Assembly (NCBI GenBank): GCA_030694465.1
Contig: JAUXYJ010000103.1
Span: 91,057-155,056 of the forward strand
DNA length: 64,000 nt
DNA from: Deltaproteobacteria bacterium
Lineage (GTDB): Bacteria > Myxococcota_A > Polyangia > Polyangiales > Ga0077539
Reading direction: 5' to 3'
This document shows positions 8,377 to 17,636 of this stretch, piece by piece. The stretch's first letter is position 1; each line of letters starts with the position of its first letter. The position numbers and the translations under genes are program-made. The notes under the pieces were generated by a model. The model saw only the letters and a program-made list of their open reading frames with translations, did no database searches and had not been told where the DNA came from.

Positions 8377-8933
8377 TCGAACACTCCCTGCATCAGCGGA
8401 ACCTGCAGCCCCAACGGGATGCTCGTGCAGGTCACCTGCGACAGCGACATGCGGGCCTCGAGCGATTGTGAGCGCACGCTGCCGTCGTCAAACCACCGCG
8501 CCGTGGGGCTCGTCGTGTGTGTGCGTGCAACAGTGCGCGTGGGCGTGGGCGCTCTGCGTGTGAGCTGCATCAAGAGCGTCGCGCCGGCGGGCAAAAGCAC
8601 AGACTCGGCGAGCGTAAAGAGCGCAAAGTTTCCGATGTTTCCGATCCAGACGCCTGAGAGCGCGCCCACGGCCATCGCGCCCCAGTGCAACGGAAGCGTC
8701 GCGACCACCGCGGGCCACAAGCGGTACGCGCCGGGCTCGTACTGGTTGGTCACAAAGCTCATCAAGCCCGAGACCGCCATCGGTGGCCCCAGCCCCATCA
8801 CCAAGAGCGCCGGGAGCCCTCCGCCCAAAAGATCAGGCGAAACCCTCGTCAACGCGGTCCCAAGGCCCACGGCAGCGGGCACCGTGATCACCGTCGCGGC
8901 CACCCCAGCGACCACACCGTCAAACACGGCCAT
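8373..8933 (-). CDS. Integral membrane protein (unknown function), first gene of a 3-gene minus-strand operon
   Basis: Multiple hydrophobic helices. Stop overlaps the hydrolase start (ATGA). The annotated ORF extends to 9287 but would overlap the cstA start; internal Met at 8933 chosen, and the real N-terminus may be longer. Confidence 0.4.
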   Translation of the reverse strand: MAVFDGVVAGVAATVITVPAAVGLGTALTRVSPDLLGGGLPALLVMGLGPPMAVSGLMSFVTNQYEPGAYRLWPAVVATLPLHWGAMAVGALSGVWIGNIGNFALFTLAESVLLPAGATLLMQLTRRAPTPTRTVARTHTTSPTARWFDDGSVRSQSLEARMSLSQVTCTSIPLGLQVPLMQGVFE

Positions 8934-9181
8934 CGCGCGTGGCGACCACCCGGGGCTCTCTGCGGTCTCTCGCGCGGTGAGCGACACGCGCGGATCCGAT
9001 GCGGGCGGTGGCGGCGCGATCACCTCGGCCGACGCCGTAGTGCTCGCACTCAGCGTCGCGGCCACCACCCCACACGCAAGCGCTCTTGTGACAGAGCTCC
9101 CAATGAATCTGTGATGCCAATGCACGCGCGCATCGAAGCACAGAGACCCGCCACGCGTCGAGATCGCGCACAAACTCTCAC

Positions 9182-9198
9182 ACGAATTTGCTGCAAAT
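9182..9198. promoter_or_regulatory. 17-bp palindrome GAATTTGC-T-GCAAATTC in cstA upstream region (candidate operator)
   Basis: Perfect 8-bp inverted repeat about 40 bp upstream of the cstA ATG in a divergent intergenic region. Confidence 0.3.
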
Positions 9199-9237
9199 TC
9201 ACCGCGCGAACTCACGCTACAGTCGCACGCAACCCCT

Positions 9238-11313
9238 ATGGTCTCTGCCGCCCCCGTGATGATCGGTGCGCTCTGTGTGCTCACCATCGCGTACCGATAT
9301 TATGCTGCGTTTATCGCGGCCAAAGTGCTCGTGCTCGACGGCGACGCGGTCACGCCCGCGCACCGGTTGAGCGACGGGCAAAACTTTGTCCCGACCAACA
9401 AGTGGGTGCTCTTTGGGCATCACTTTGCGGCCATCTCAGGATCGGGCCCGCTCATCGGCCCTACGCTCGCGGCGCAGTTTGGCTTTGCGCCGGGTTTTCT
9501 CTGGATTCTTGCAGGGGTTGTGCTCGCGGGCGCGGTGCACGATTTTGTGATCTTAGTCGCGAGTACACGCCGCGACGGGCGCTCTCTCGCAGAGCTCGCG
9601 CGCGAAGAGCTCGGCCCGGTCCCAGGGCTCGTCGCCATGATCGCCATCTTGACCATCGTGATCATCGCGATCGCGGGCCTCGGGATCGTGGTCGTGGGCG
9701 CCCTCGCCGAGTCCGCGTGGGGCACGTTTACCGTGGGCGCGAGCGTACCGATCGCGTTGGTCATGGGCGTGTGGGCCTACAAGATCCGCAAGGGCGCGAT
9801 TGTCGAGAGCACGATCTTTGGCATCATCGCCCTGCTCGTCGCGCTCGTCGTCGGAAAACACGTCCAAGACGGCCCCCTCGGCGCGCACTTTCGCTTTGAT
9901 CGACAGACCATCACCTACGCCATCGCGGCCTACGGTTTTTTCGCGAGCGTGCTGCCCGTATGGCTCTTGCTCTGCCCGCGAGATTATCTCTCGAGCTACC
10001 TCAAGATCGGCACGATCGCGCTGCTCGTCGTGGGGGTGATCGTGGTCAACCCGACGATCCAAGCGCCCATGATTTCGCAGTGGGTCCATGGAGGCGGGCC
10101 CATTGTGAAAGGCCCGCTGTTTCCGTTTGTGTTTGTGACCATCGCGTGCGGCGCGATCTCGGGATTTCATGGGCTGGTCTCGTCGGGGACCACGCCCAAA
10201 ATGATCTCGAACGAGCGTGACGCGCGCACCATCGGCTACGGCGCGATGCTCATGGAGGGCGTCGTCGGGCTCACCGCCCTCGTGGCGGCGACGTCGCTGC
10301 CCGTCAATGACTACCTCGCGATCAACACCGACCCGCTCGTGCCCATCGTCGCGACGAGCGCACATGGCCCCGGGTTTGTCTCAGACCGCGCGGCGCTCAC
10401 ACGCGTTGCGAGTGCTTTTTCGACCGCAGATCGACGCACCCTCGCCCTCACGGCCACCGACGCAGCGTCCCTCGGCGCGCTCGCGCAGCGACGTGTTCCG
10501 CTCTCGCGCGTGCTGTCGCTCAGCAACGGCTCGCTCGCCGCCGCGGGCTACCACGTCGACCCGCGCGAGCAAGACCCCACGAGCTTGTCCAACGAAGACT
10601 TCGCGCGCCTCGGGGTCTCGGTCACAGACCTCCCCGCCCTCGCCGCGAGCACGCACGAGCGCATCGCCGCGCGCACCGGCGGAGGCGTCTCACTCGCCGT
10701 CGGAATGGCGAGAATATTTGCAGGGCTCCCCTTCATCCGTGGCGCCAAGAACCTGCTCGCGTACTGGTACCACTTTGCCATCATGTTCGAGGCCCTGTTT
10801 ATCCTCACGACGATTGACACAGGCACCCGCGTGGGGCGCTTTCTCGTGCAAGAGTTCTTGGGCAAGCTCTGGGCACCACTGGGCCGTTCGGACAGCGTAT
10901 TTGCAGGCGCGCTCGCGACCGCCCTCGTCGTCGGAGGCTGGACCACCTTCTTGCTCACCGGCAGCGTGCAGACCATCTGGCCCATGTTTGGCATCGCCAA
11001 CCAGCTCTTGGCCGTCGTCGGGCTCACCGTCGGGACCACCGTGATTCTGCGCAAATCAGGCCACCGATACGCGTGGGTCACCGGGTTGCCCTTGCTCTTT
11101 GTCGGCACCACCACGGTCACCGCGGGCCTGCAGGGGATCCGCGACATCTACCTCCCGCTCACGCGCCGCGCTGACCCCGCCCTGCGCTTTCAGGGCTGGG
11201 TCGACACGGTGTTTACCTCGGTGCTCTTGCTCTGCGTCGCGATCATCGTGGGCTACGCCATCCCGACCTGGCTCAAGATCATCCGCACCGCGCGCAAGCC
11301 CGCGACCTCGTAG
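9238..11313 (+). CDS. cstA: Carbon starvation protein A (peptide/pyruvate transporter family)
   Basis: N-terminal region FGHHFAAISGSGPLIGP characteristic of CstA; polytopic membrane profile; 691 aa. Confidence 0.85.
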   Translation: MVSAAPVMIGALCVLTIAYRYYAAFIAAKVLVLDGDAVTPAHRLSDGQNFVPTNKWVLFGHHFAAISGSGPLIGPTLAAQFGFAPGFLWILAGVVLAGAVHDFVILVASTRRDGRSLAELAREELGPVPGLVAMIAILTIVIIAIAGLGIVVVGALAESAWGTFTVGASVPIALVMGVWAYKIRKGAIVESTIFGIIALLVALVVGKHVQDGPLGAHFRFDRQTITYAIAAYGFFASVLPVWLLLCPRDYLSSYLKIGTIALLVVGVIVVNPTIQAPMISQWVHGGGPIVKGPLFPFVFVTIACGAISGFHGLVSSGTTPKMISNERDARTIGYGAMLMEGVVGLTALVAATSLPVNDYLAINTDPLVPIVATSAHGPGFVSDRAALTRVASAFSTADRRTLALTATDAASLGALAQRRVPLSRVLSLSNGSLAAAGYHVDPREQDPTSLSNEDFARLGVSVTDLPALAASTHERIAARTGGGVSLAVGMARIFAGLPFIRGAKNLLAYWYHFAIMFEALFILTTIDTGTRVGRFLVQEFLGKLWAPLGRSDSVFAGALATALVVGGWTTFLLTGSVQTIWPMFGIANQLLAVVGLTVGTTVILRKSGHRYAWVTGLPLLFVGTTTVTAGLQGIRDIYLPLTRRADPALRFQGWVDTVFTSVLLLCVAIIVGYAIPTWLKIIRTARKPATS

Positions 11314-11315
11314 AC

Positions 11316-11331
11316 CGCCATGGCGGCCGCC
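11316..11331. terminator. Overlapping GC-rich palindromes (CCGCCATGGCGG / GGCGGCCGCC) just after cstA stop; candidate hairpin terminator
   Basis: Self-complementary 12-mer and 10-mer starting 3 nt after the TAG at 11313; no U-tract. Confidence 0.25.
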
Positions 11332-11426
11332 ATGGAAGCCGCCACCCCAACCGCCAGGGCTCACCTAAAATTCACCAATGATTTCAAGCCTATCCATCTG
11401 GCACATCCGCTGCACTTACCCAGCGC

Positions 11427-12197
11427 ATGAAGCTCATGTCTTGGCTCTCTCGGGGCTGTCTTGCCCTCTGGCTCTGCAGCGCGTGTGCGCCCCTGGATGA
11501 CCCAAACGGGGTCGATCAGCTCGCTGCCGAGATCGTCGGAGGCGTGCGCGACCGCGACCGCCACCCCGCGGTGCTCGCCCTTCTGGTGGGCGACGACGCG
11601 CTGTGCACCGCCACGCTCATCGCGCCCAACGCCGTGCTCACAGCGAGGCACTGTGTGAGCCGCACGGTCGAGCGAATCCTCTGTGATTCTGCGGGCAGAC
11701 AAGTGCTCTCGGACCTAGAACCGAGCACGCTCTCGCTGCGCTCAGGGGACGAAGTCTCGCGCAGCGTTGAGCTCGCGCGGGGGTCGCGTGTGCTCACGCC
11801 CAACACGCAGCGCTTGTGCGAGGCAGACATCGCCGTGGTGCTCTTAGACCGCGCCGTGCGGGGCATCGCGCCCATGCGTGTGGACCTCTCGTCACTGCCG
11901 CTGCGTACGCGCACCATGAGCGCGGTGGGCTTTGGCCAACGCGGCGCGACTGCACGTGCGCGCTCGGGGATCCGGTATTTTCGCGAGCGAATCACCGTGC
12001 TGAGCAGCTCGACACGCGAGCTCACGGGCTCTCGCGCGGTGTGCGCAGGGGACAGCGGAGGCCCCGCGATCGATCCACGCACGGGCTCGGTCGTGGGCGT
12101 CCTGTCGCGCGGGAGCGATCCGTGCACGGCGTCGGACGCGACGGCCGTATGGACAAGGCCCGCCGTCTTGCGCGACGTCTTGGCGAGGCTGCTGTGA
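11427..12197 (+). CDS. Secreted trypsin-like (S1) serine protease lipoprotein
   Basis: Lipoprotein signal LWLCSAC; catalytic His (TARHCV) and Ser (GDSGGPA) motifs; IVGG N-terminus. Confidence 0.7.
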   Translation: MKLMSWLSRGCLALWLCSACAPLDDPNGVDQLAAEIVGGVRDRDRHPAVLALLVGDDALCTATLIAPNAVLTARHCVSRTVERILCDSAGRQVLSDLEPSTLSLRSGDEVSRSVELARGSRVLTPNTQRLCEADIAVVLLDRAVRGIAPMRVDLSSLPLRTRTMSAVGFGQRGATARARSGIRYFRERITVLSSSTRELTGSRAVCAGDSGGPAIDPRTGSVVGVLSRGSDPCTASDATAVWTRPAVLRDVLARLL

Positions 12198-12204
12198 GTG
12201 CACG

Positions 12205-13653
12205 TTGCGCACTCGCACGCGATTAGGTAGTGCAGCACCCATGGCCAACGCCCCTACGCGCGCACAGATCGAGGCACTCGCCGCACGACTCTCGCCCAAC
12301 GTGGTCAGCACCGACGCGAGCGATCTTGTCACCTACGGGCGCGACTGGACCAAGGTCCACACGCCCGCGCCGAGCGCGATCTTGTTGCCACGAAGCACGC
12401 ACGAAGTCGCAGAAATTATGCGATTTTGTGACATCCATGAGCTCGCGGTCGTCCCGTCGGGTGGGCGCACAGGCCTCGCGGCGGGCGCGGTGGCAGCGCA
12501 CGGCGAGCTGGTGCTGTCGCTTGAGCGCATGCACGCGATGCACGAGGTCGACACGCTGGGACAGACCGTGCGGGTGCAAGCTGGGGCGGTCACCGAGGCG
12601 GTGCATCGGCACTGTGAGCCGCATGGGCTGACCTGGCCCGTGGACTTTGCGTCCAAGGGCAGCTCACAGGTCGGCGGAAACATCGCGACCAACGCAGGCG
12701 GGGTCAAAGTCATTCGCTACGGGCTCACGCGGCAGTGGGTGCTGGGCCTCGAGGTCGTGCTCGCCAACGGGACGGTGCTCTCGCTCAATGGCGCGCTCGA
12801 GAAGAACAACACCGGCGTGGACCTTCGGCAGCTGATGATTGGCAGCGAGGGCACGCTGGGGATTGTGACCGAGGCCACGCTCAAGCTCGCGCGCTTGCCC
12901 ACGCGGCTCGACGTGATGCTCTTCGCCGTGCGCGATCTTGATGCAGTGCTCTCGCTGTTTGCCGCAGCAAGAACGGGCCCGTTTGCGCTGAGCGCGTTTG
13001 AGTTCTTTACCGATCGCTGCCTCGCGAGGGTGCAGAGACACCGCACGATCCGCGCGCCCTTCGCGGACACGTCGCACTCGCACTATGTGCTGGTCGAGAC
13101 CGACAGCGCCGACCCCGAGGCGCTTGAGCTCTGGGTCGCCTCGCTCTTTGAGCGTGAGCTGATCACTGACGGGACGATGGCGCAGAACAGCTCGCAGGCC
13201 CGCAGCCTCTGGGAGCTTCGCGAGTCCATCAGCGAGTCGCTGAGCGGAACAGGGCTGCCGCACAAGAACGACATTGCGCTTCCCATCGCCGCGCTGCGCG
13301 AGTTTTGCGCGAGCCTCGATGCGCTCTTTGCGAGGCAATATCCAGAGTTTGAGATCTGTCTCTTCGGTCACATCGGCGACGGAAACCTCCACGTCAACGT
13401 GATGAAACCCGAAGCGATGTCTCGCGAAGAGTTCTTTGCGCGCACCTCCGAGGCGGACCACGCGATGTTTTCGCTAGTCAAATCGCACGGTGGAAGCATC
13501 TCGGCCGAGCACGGCGTGGGCCTACTCAAGAAGCCTTACCTTGGCTACAGCCGCACGCCCGAAGAGCTCATGGCCCTGCGCGCGATCAAGCAAGCGCTCG
13601 ACCCTAAGAGGATCTTAAACCCCGGCAAGATCTTTGATATCCCTGCAAAATAG
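12205..13653 (+). CDS. FAD-linked oxidase (GlcD / D-lactate / D-2-hydroxyacid dehydrogenase family)
   Basis: FAD-binding PCMH region VVPSGGRTGLAAGAV; C-terminal FAD-oxidase domain; start may be Met at 12241. Confidence 0.75.
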   Translation: MRTRTRLGSAAPMANAPTRAQIEALAARLSPNVVSTDASDLVTYGRDWTKVHTPAPSAILLPRSTHEVAEIMRFCDIHELAVVPSGGRTGLAAGAVAAHGELVLSLERMHAMHEVDTLGQTVRVQAGAVTEAVHRHCEPHGLTWPVDFASKGSSQVGGNIATNAGGVKVIRYGLTRQWVLGLEVVLANGTVLSLNGALEKNNTGVDLRQLMIGSEGTLGIVTEATLKLARLPTRLDVMLFAVRDLDAVLSLFAAARTGPFALSAFEFFTDRCLARVQRHRTIRAPFADTSHSHYVLVETDSADPEALELWVASLFERELITDGTMAQNSSQARSLWELRESISESLSGTGLPHKNDIALPIAALREFCASLDALFARQYPEFEICLFGHIGDGNLHVNVMKPEAMSREEFFARTSEADHAMFSLVKSHGGSISAEHGVGLLKKPYLGYSRTPEELMALRAIKQALDPKRILNPGKIFDIPAK

Positions 13654-13661
13654 CAGCGATT

Positions 13662-14309
13662 CTAGAGATCGTCCGAGCCGCGGGATGCGCTCGCTGGGGG
13701 TCGAATCCCCACCTCGAGCGAGCTCCACTCGGTGACCTTCCACAGGCCCTTGTCGTTGCGTTTGAGAGAGAGCGGTCTGGGCGAGTCGCTCCCCGTGGAG
13801 TGAACAAACACCTTGGCGCGGTCGCCTTGGATGGCATCTTTGGCCACGCGCACGGCCACGAGGTACGGCGCCTCGGGCAGCGCGTACGAGCTCAATGGGC
13901 TGGTATTTTGCAGGTAAGACGCCGCGATGTAGGGCTTGGCTGCTAGGCGCTCTCGGAGGGTCTGGATGATCGCCATGCGTGGACGGCGGCCCTTGTACGC
14001 GGCGGGGTCGTCATCGAGCAGCGAGGCATCCAGCGACACCGTGATCAACGGCAGCGTGTTGCGTGGGTCGCGCACATACGCGTTGAGCGCTGCCACAAAC
14101 GAAGCAGCGGCGCCCTGAGGAGAGACCGAGAGAGCGTCACGTTGCGTAAGAAATGGCTCGATGTTCGACGGGATGTGCGAGAGCACGACGGCGTGCTCGT
14201 GGGGATCGGTCTGGCTCATGGTTGCGAGGTCCTCTGGTGAGAGAGTGTACGCAAAGAGGAGACTCGTTTGGGGCCCAGCGCGCAACACATGGGCTTGCGC
14301 GCACATCAC
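13662..14309 (-). CDS. Hypothetical protein
   Basis: ORF only; likely real start at internal Met (about 14218), since the 5' end otherwise overlaps the PYP gene. Confidence 0.3.
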   Translation of the reverse strand: MMCAQAHVLRAGPQTSLLFAYTLSPEDLATMSQTDPHEHAVVLSHIPSNIEPFLTQRDALSVSPQGAAASFVAALNAYVRDPRNTLPLITVSLDASLLDDDPAAYKGRRPRMAIIQTLRERLAAKPYIAASYLQNTSPLSSYALPEAPYLVAVRVAKDAIQGDRAKVFVHSTGSDSPRPLSLKRNDKGLWKVTEWSSLEVGIRPPASASRGSDDL

Positions 14310-15110
14310 AGAGGGCGTGCGACAGAAGCTGCTCAGCGACAGCGTCTGTATGCCAGTCGGACTCTACGACTTACGCCCCCCGCGCTGCCACCCATTGTCG
14401 TGACCCAAGCACCCTCCATCGACTTACTTCAGCGACTCGGCGAGCTTGTCGCACAGCGTGATTCGCTTGAGCGCGAGATCGAAAAAATCCGCCGCGCGAT
14501 TGCGCTCGGGCCCACGTCAAACGACCGCTGGAGCGAGTCTCCGCCCGTCGCGACGGCGCGGATCCAGGGCGACAGCAGCAGCACGACCTCTCCCTATCAG
14601 CAAGCGCTGCGTCAAGCCGAAAACTTGCTACGTGTGGGCAATCCAGCGGTGTTTTTGCAGCAGGTTCAACCCGAACCCGCGCGAGTCGAGTCTCGTGTTG
14701 CGCCCCTCGCGGTCGAGGACCGCGCGTCGTTTGATCTAGGTCGAGTGAGGCAGCTGCGGACCGAAGAGCTCGACTCGCTCCCCTATGGGCTCATCGTGCT
14801 GGACAGCGAAGGCAGGGTGCTCTCTTACAACGACGCCGAGAGCCGAATGGCCAAGCTGCGACGCGAACAAGTGATCGGAAAAAACTTCTTCTCCGACGTC
14901 GCGCCGTGCACCCGGGTTCGCGAGTTCGAAGGGCGATTTAGGGCCTTTGTTCGAAGCGGCGGCGCGCGAATGCTCGAGACCTTTGACTTCGTGTTTCGCT
15001 TCGCACACGGCACGCAGCACGTGACCATTTTCATTGTCCCCGGCCGCGTGCGAGGGACCTTCAACGTCGCGATGACACGCCGTGCGATCGAGCCAAACGC
15101 CGTACCGTAG
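14268..15110 (+). CDS. pyp: Photoactive yellow protein (PYP)-domain protein with about 150-aa N-terminal coiled-coil extension
   Basis: C-terminal 125 aa align to Halorhodospira PYP. The chromophore-site block VIGKNFFSDVAPCT matches PYP VIGKNFFKDVAPCT, including the Cys that carries p-coumarate. Tyr42 and Glu46 equivalents are present in LSYNDAES. An alternative GTG start at 14400 avoids overlap with the upstream gene. Confidence 0.75.
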   Translation: MGPSAQHMGLRAHHRGRATEAAQRQRLYASRTLRLTPPALPPIVVTQAPSIDLLQRLGELVAQRDSLEREIEKIRRAIALGPTSNDRWSESPPVATARIQGDSSSTTSPYQQALRQAENLLRVGNPAVFLQQVQPEPARVESRVAPLAVEDRASFDLGRVRQLRTEELDSLPYGLIVLDSEGRVLSYNDAESRMAKLRREQVIGKNFFSDVAPCTRVREFEGRFRAFVRSGGARMLETFDFVFRFAHGTQHVTIFIVPGRVRGTFNVAMTRRAIEPNAVP

Positions 15111-15128
15111 TCCATTCGACCTGACAAA

Positions 15129-15527
15129 TTGCAGACAATTTCTATCTACCCTGAGGACCTTCTCTTGAGTGACACCGAGCTTGCACGTTTTGCAGCCGCG
15201 CACCCCTCTGTTCGCGCGGCGGCTATTCTCACTTCTGACGGCACACTGCGCGAGGCCATCTCTGAGCAAGACGAGACGCGCGATGCGCTCGCAGCGTTTG
15301 TCGTCGCGCTCGAGGCCCTCGCGGATCGCTCCATGTCCGAGCTCGGCGCTGGACGACTTCGGACCATGCTCTTTGACGCCGAAGGAGGCGCCTTGCTGGT
15401 CGTCCCCGCAGGCGATGATCACTTCGTCGCGGTGCTCATGAGCGACCCATACGCCCTCGGCGCCCTGTGGTCCGATGCTCGCGCGCTGGGTCTACGGCTG
15501 GCCCCTGTTCTCGGAGTCGCCGCGTGA
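15129..15527 (+). CDS. Roadblock/LC7 (MglB-like) domain protein
   Basis: Pattern V.AAAIL..DG.L...SELG.G.L..ML.DAEGGALLVVPAGDDHFVAVL is typical of Roadblock/LC7; 132 aa. Confidence 0.7.
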   Translation: MQTISIYPEDLLLSDTELARFAAAHPSVRAAAILTSDGTLREAISEQDETRDALAAFVVALEALADRSMSELGAGRLRTMLFDAEGGALLVVPAGDDHFVAVLMSDPYALGALWSDARALGLRLAPVLGVAA

Positions 15528-16108
15528 GCGCCCTCCGCCTCGGCCTCGCGGTGGTCTTGAGTGCCTCTGGCTGGGGCCTCGCGACCCAGCGCGCCATGCA
15601 CGCTCACCCCGCACACTCGCCTGCAATCATCCCCGCGAATTCACACTCGGAGCGCTCACAGCCTGCGCCGGATCTCTCTACCCTCACCCCACCAACGACA
15701 CCGGCGATTGTGCGCGAGGAGCCCACGCCTCAGCAGCTTCCCGTCGCGCCAGCACCCGTCGAAGCAGCACCCGTCGCGCTAGCACCCGCCCTGCGCGATG
15801 ACCCTGCAGGGATCGAGCTTCCGATCACACCCGAGGGGCAGATCGAAGCGAGCGCACTTCAGCGCGCGCGTTGGGTCGCCGAGCTCATCGCGCGTCCCCA
15901 CAGTGTGCACCGTCGACGCGTGCGCATCGAGGTCATCGCCGGAAGCGACAGCAGCGTTTCTGCCCAGCAAATCAGCCAAAACGTCTCGCAGCTCCTCCGC
16001 TCACACGGCGTGTGGAACGCTCAACTCGTCCACAGCGCGACCACTCTCGCGCCCGCGCAGACCTCGCGCGTAGTGCTCACTCCCCTCGCCCCTGGAGTCT
16101 CTCGATGA
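15524..16108 (+). CDS. Secreted Pro-rich protein of unknown function
   Basis: GTG start overlapping the Roadblock stop (GTGA); signal peptide VSALRLGLAVVLSASGWGLA; PxxP-rich N-terminal half. Confidence 0.45.
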   Translation: MSALRLGLAVVLSASGWGLATQRAMHAHPAHSPAIIPANSHSERSQPAPDLSTLTPPTTPAIVREEPTPQQLPVAPAPVEAAPVALAPALRDDPAGIELPITPEGQIEASALQRARWVAELIARPHSVHRRRVRIEVIAGSDSSVSAQQISQNVSQLLRSHGVWNAQLVHSATTLAPAQTSRVVLTPLAPGVSR

Positions 16109-17055
16109 GCCTCATGGATCTCTTCGCCATCGCCACAGGCGCCCTCGGCACGACCGCGGTGGGCTACCTCGTCGCAGCACGACAATCACAACGCGCGCTG
16201 GACCGAGAACAGATTCTGCAAGCCAATTTGCAGATCCAATTGCGATCATTGCAGACAGATCTGATGCACGCCGAGCGGCAACACAGCGTGCTCTCGATGC
16301 GAATGGGGCTGTCTGGCACGAGCCCGGTGAGCGCCGACGCGATCTTGAGCGAGCTGGCCTCGGGGCAGCAGCTCGACGCCGTGTGTTTGGCCGATGCCGA
16401 GGGGCTGCCGTGGGGGTGCGCGGGCGACCGAGAGCTCGCGCTTGAGCTCGCAGCGCTCGCTCCGTGGATGCTCGCGCCGGGTGCGTTGGAGGCGTCATCG
16501 CGGCTGCGGGTGCTCGGCGCTTCGGGAGCGACACTGTTTGCGCTGCGCTGTGTTTATCAAGGCCGCGTGATGATTTTGGCTGGGGTTCATGCCGTGCGAA
16601 CGATCGACTCGTTTGCTTTTGAGCGTGCAGCGCTCTTGCTTGAGCGAGGTCAGCGCGCGAGCGTTGAGCCCGCGCCTGTGTTGCCTCAAAGCGTCACGCT
16701 CTCGCTCTCGCAAGACCCAGCACTCGACGCCCGAATGCGTACGGTGGCTGCACGCGCCCTCTGGGTCGGAACACGAGCCTGCGGAGACCCCGGCGACGTC
16801 GCCGGAATGCAAACGCGTTGCGGCTGGCTCGCAGAAATCTTGGAGAGGGCCGCTCGCACAGGCCTCAGCAGCCCCGTGGCCATCGTCCTGCAGCGCGAAC
16901 ATGACACGCTCGTTCAGTTTGGTGAAGGCGCAGGATTTCAGGGCGGAGCGCTGTTGCCGCAGCGACAGATTTCGCGCGCAGAGTTGCATCGCATCGAAGC
17001 TGTGTTGCGCAGGCTGCACCACGAGACGCGCAGCGGCGAGCGCGCGGCGGCCTAG
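16105..17055 (+). CDS. Membrane-anchored coiled-coil protein with a second Roadblock/LC7-like domain
   Basis: ATG overlaps the upstream stop (ATGA); N-terminal TM helix LFAIATGALGTTAVGYLV; coiled-coil; segment AVCLADAEGLPWGCAG...LFALRCVYQGRVMILAGV is Roadblock-like. Confidence 0.5.
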   Translation: MSLMDLFAIATGALGTTAVGYLVAARQSQRALDREQILQANLQIQLRSLQTDLMHAERQHSVLSMRMGLSGTSPVSADAILSELASGQQLDAVCLADAEGLPWGCAGDRELALELAALAPWMLAPGALEASSRLRVLGASGATLFALRCVYQGRVMILAGVHAVRTIDSFAFERAALLLERGQRASVEPAPVLPQSVTLSLSQDPALDARMRTVAARALWVGTRACGDPGDVAGMQTRCGWLAEILERAARTGLSSPVAIVLQREHDTLVQFGEGAGFQGGALLPQRQISRAELHRIEAVLRRLHHETRSGERAAA

Positions 17056-17116
17056 TTTTCGCGCACAACAATCGCCGCGATCACACGAGCGAGTGCGCTA
17101 GGGTCCGAGCACACCC

Positions 17117-17635
17117 ATGAGCGACATACTCTTGCACCGCGGCGCGCGCTGGGATCTTGTGGCCCGCGAAGAGCCCTCTCGGGGCAACCCTGATCACAGA
17201 CGCGAGCTGGTGATTCACCCGGGCTCGGTGGTGATCTTGCCGTTGCTCGACGACGACCGGGTTGTGCTCATCCGCAACGAGCGCGTCTCGGCCGGGCGCG
17301 CGCTCATTGAGCTCCCCGCCGGAACCAGAAATCCCAGCGAATTGCCTTACGATTGCGCGCTCCGTGAGCTCACCGAAGAGACAGGGTACCGCTGCGAAGC
17401 GCTCACTCCGTTGACTCGGTTTTTTATCGCGCCGGGCGTGACCGACGAAGAGATGCACGTCTTTGTCGCCAAGGGACTCTCACCTGGGCCACAACGGCTC
17501 GAAGACGACGAGCGGATCACCGTGCTTTTGGCCTCGTGGAGTGAGTGTCTCGCGATGATTCAGCGAGGCCAAATCGAGGACGCAAAGTCGGTCGCGGCGC
17601 TCTTGCACTACGTCACATTTGTGCGCTCTCGCTAA
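17117..17635 (+). CDS. NUDIX hydrolase (ADP-ribose pyrophosphatase-like)
   Basis: Nudix box ELPAG...RELTEETG. Confidence 0.75.
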   Translation: MSDILLHRGARWDLVAREEPSRGNPDHRRELVIHPGSVVILPLLDDDRVVLIRNERVSAGRALIELPAGTRNPSELPYDCALRELTEETGYRCEALTPLTRFFIAPGVTDEEMHVFVAKGLSPGPQRLEDDERITVLLASWSECLAMIQRGQIEDAKSVAALLHYVTFVRSR

Positions 17636-17636
17636 T

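Noticed and set aside
9553-11147. ORFs 9553..10365(-), 10217..11044(+) and 10548..11147(-) inside cstA
   Set aside because: cstA is unambiguous. The alternatives are Arg/Ser/Pro-rich low-complexity translations.
11516-13461. Antisense ORFs 11516..12238(-) and 12664..13461(-)
   Set aside because: They overlap the S1 protease and FAD-oxidase genes, both of which have catalytic motifs.
14736-15422. 228-aa ORF on the minus strand overlapping the PYP and Roadblock genes
   Set aside because: Both plus-strand genes have strong family signatures; the minus ORF has none.
15871-16104. 5' extension of ORF 15871..17055 upstream of Met 16105
   Set aside because: It would overlap the preceding gene by 230 nt. 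The ATGA coupling at 16105 and the TM helix immediately after it support the shorter form.
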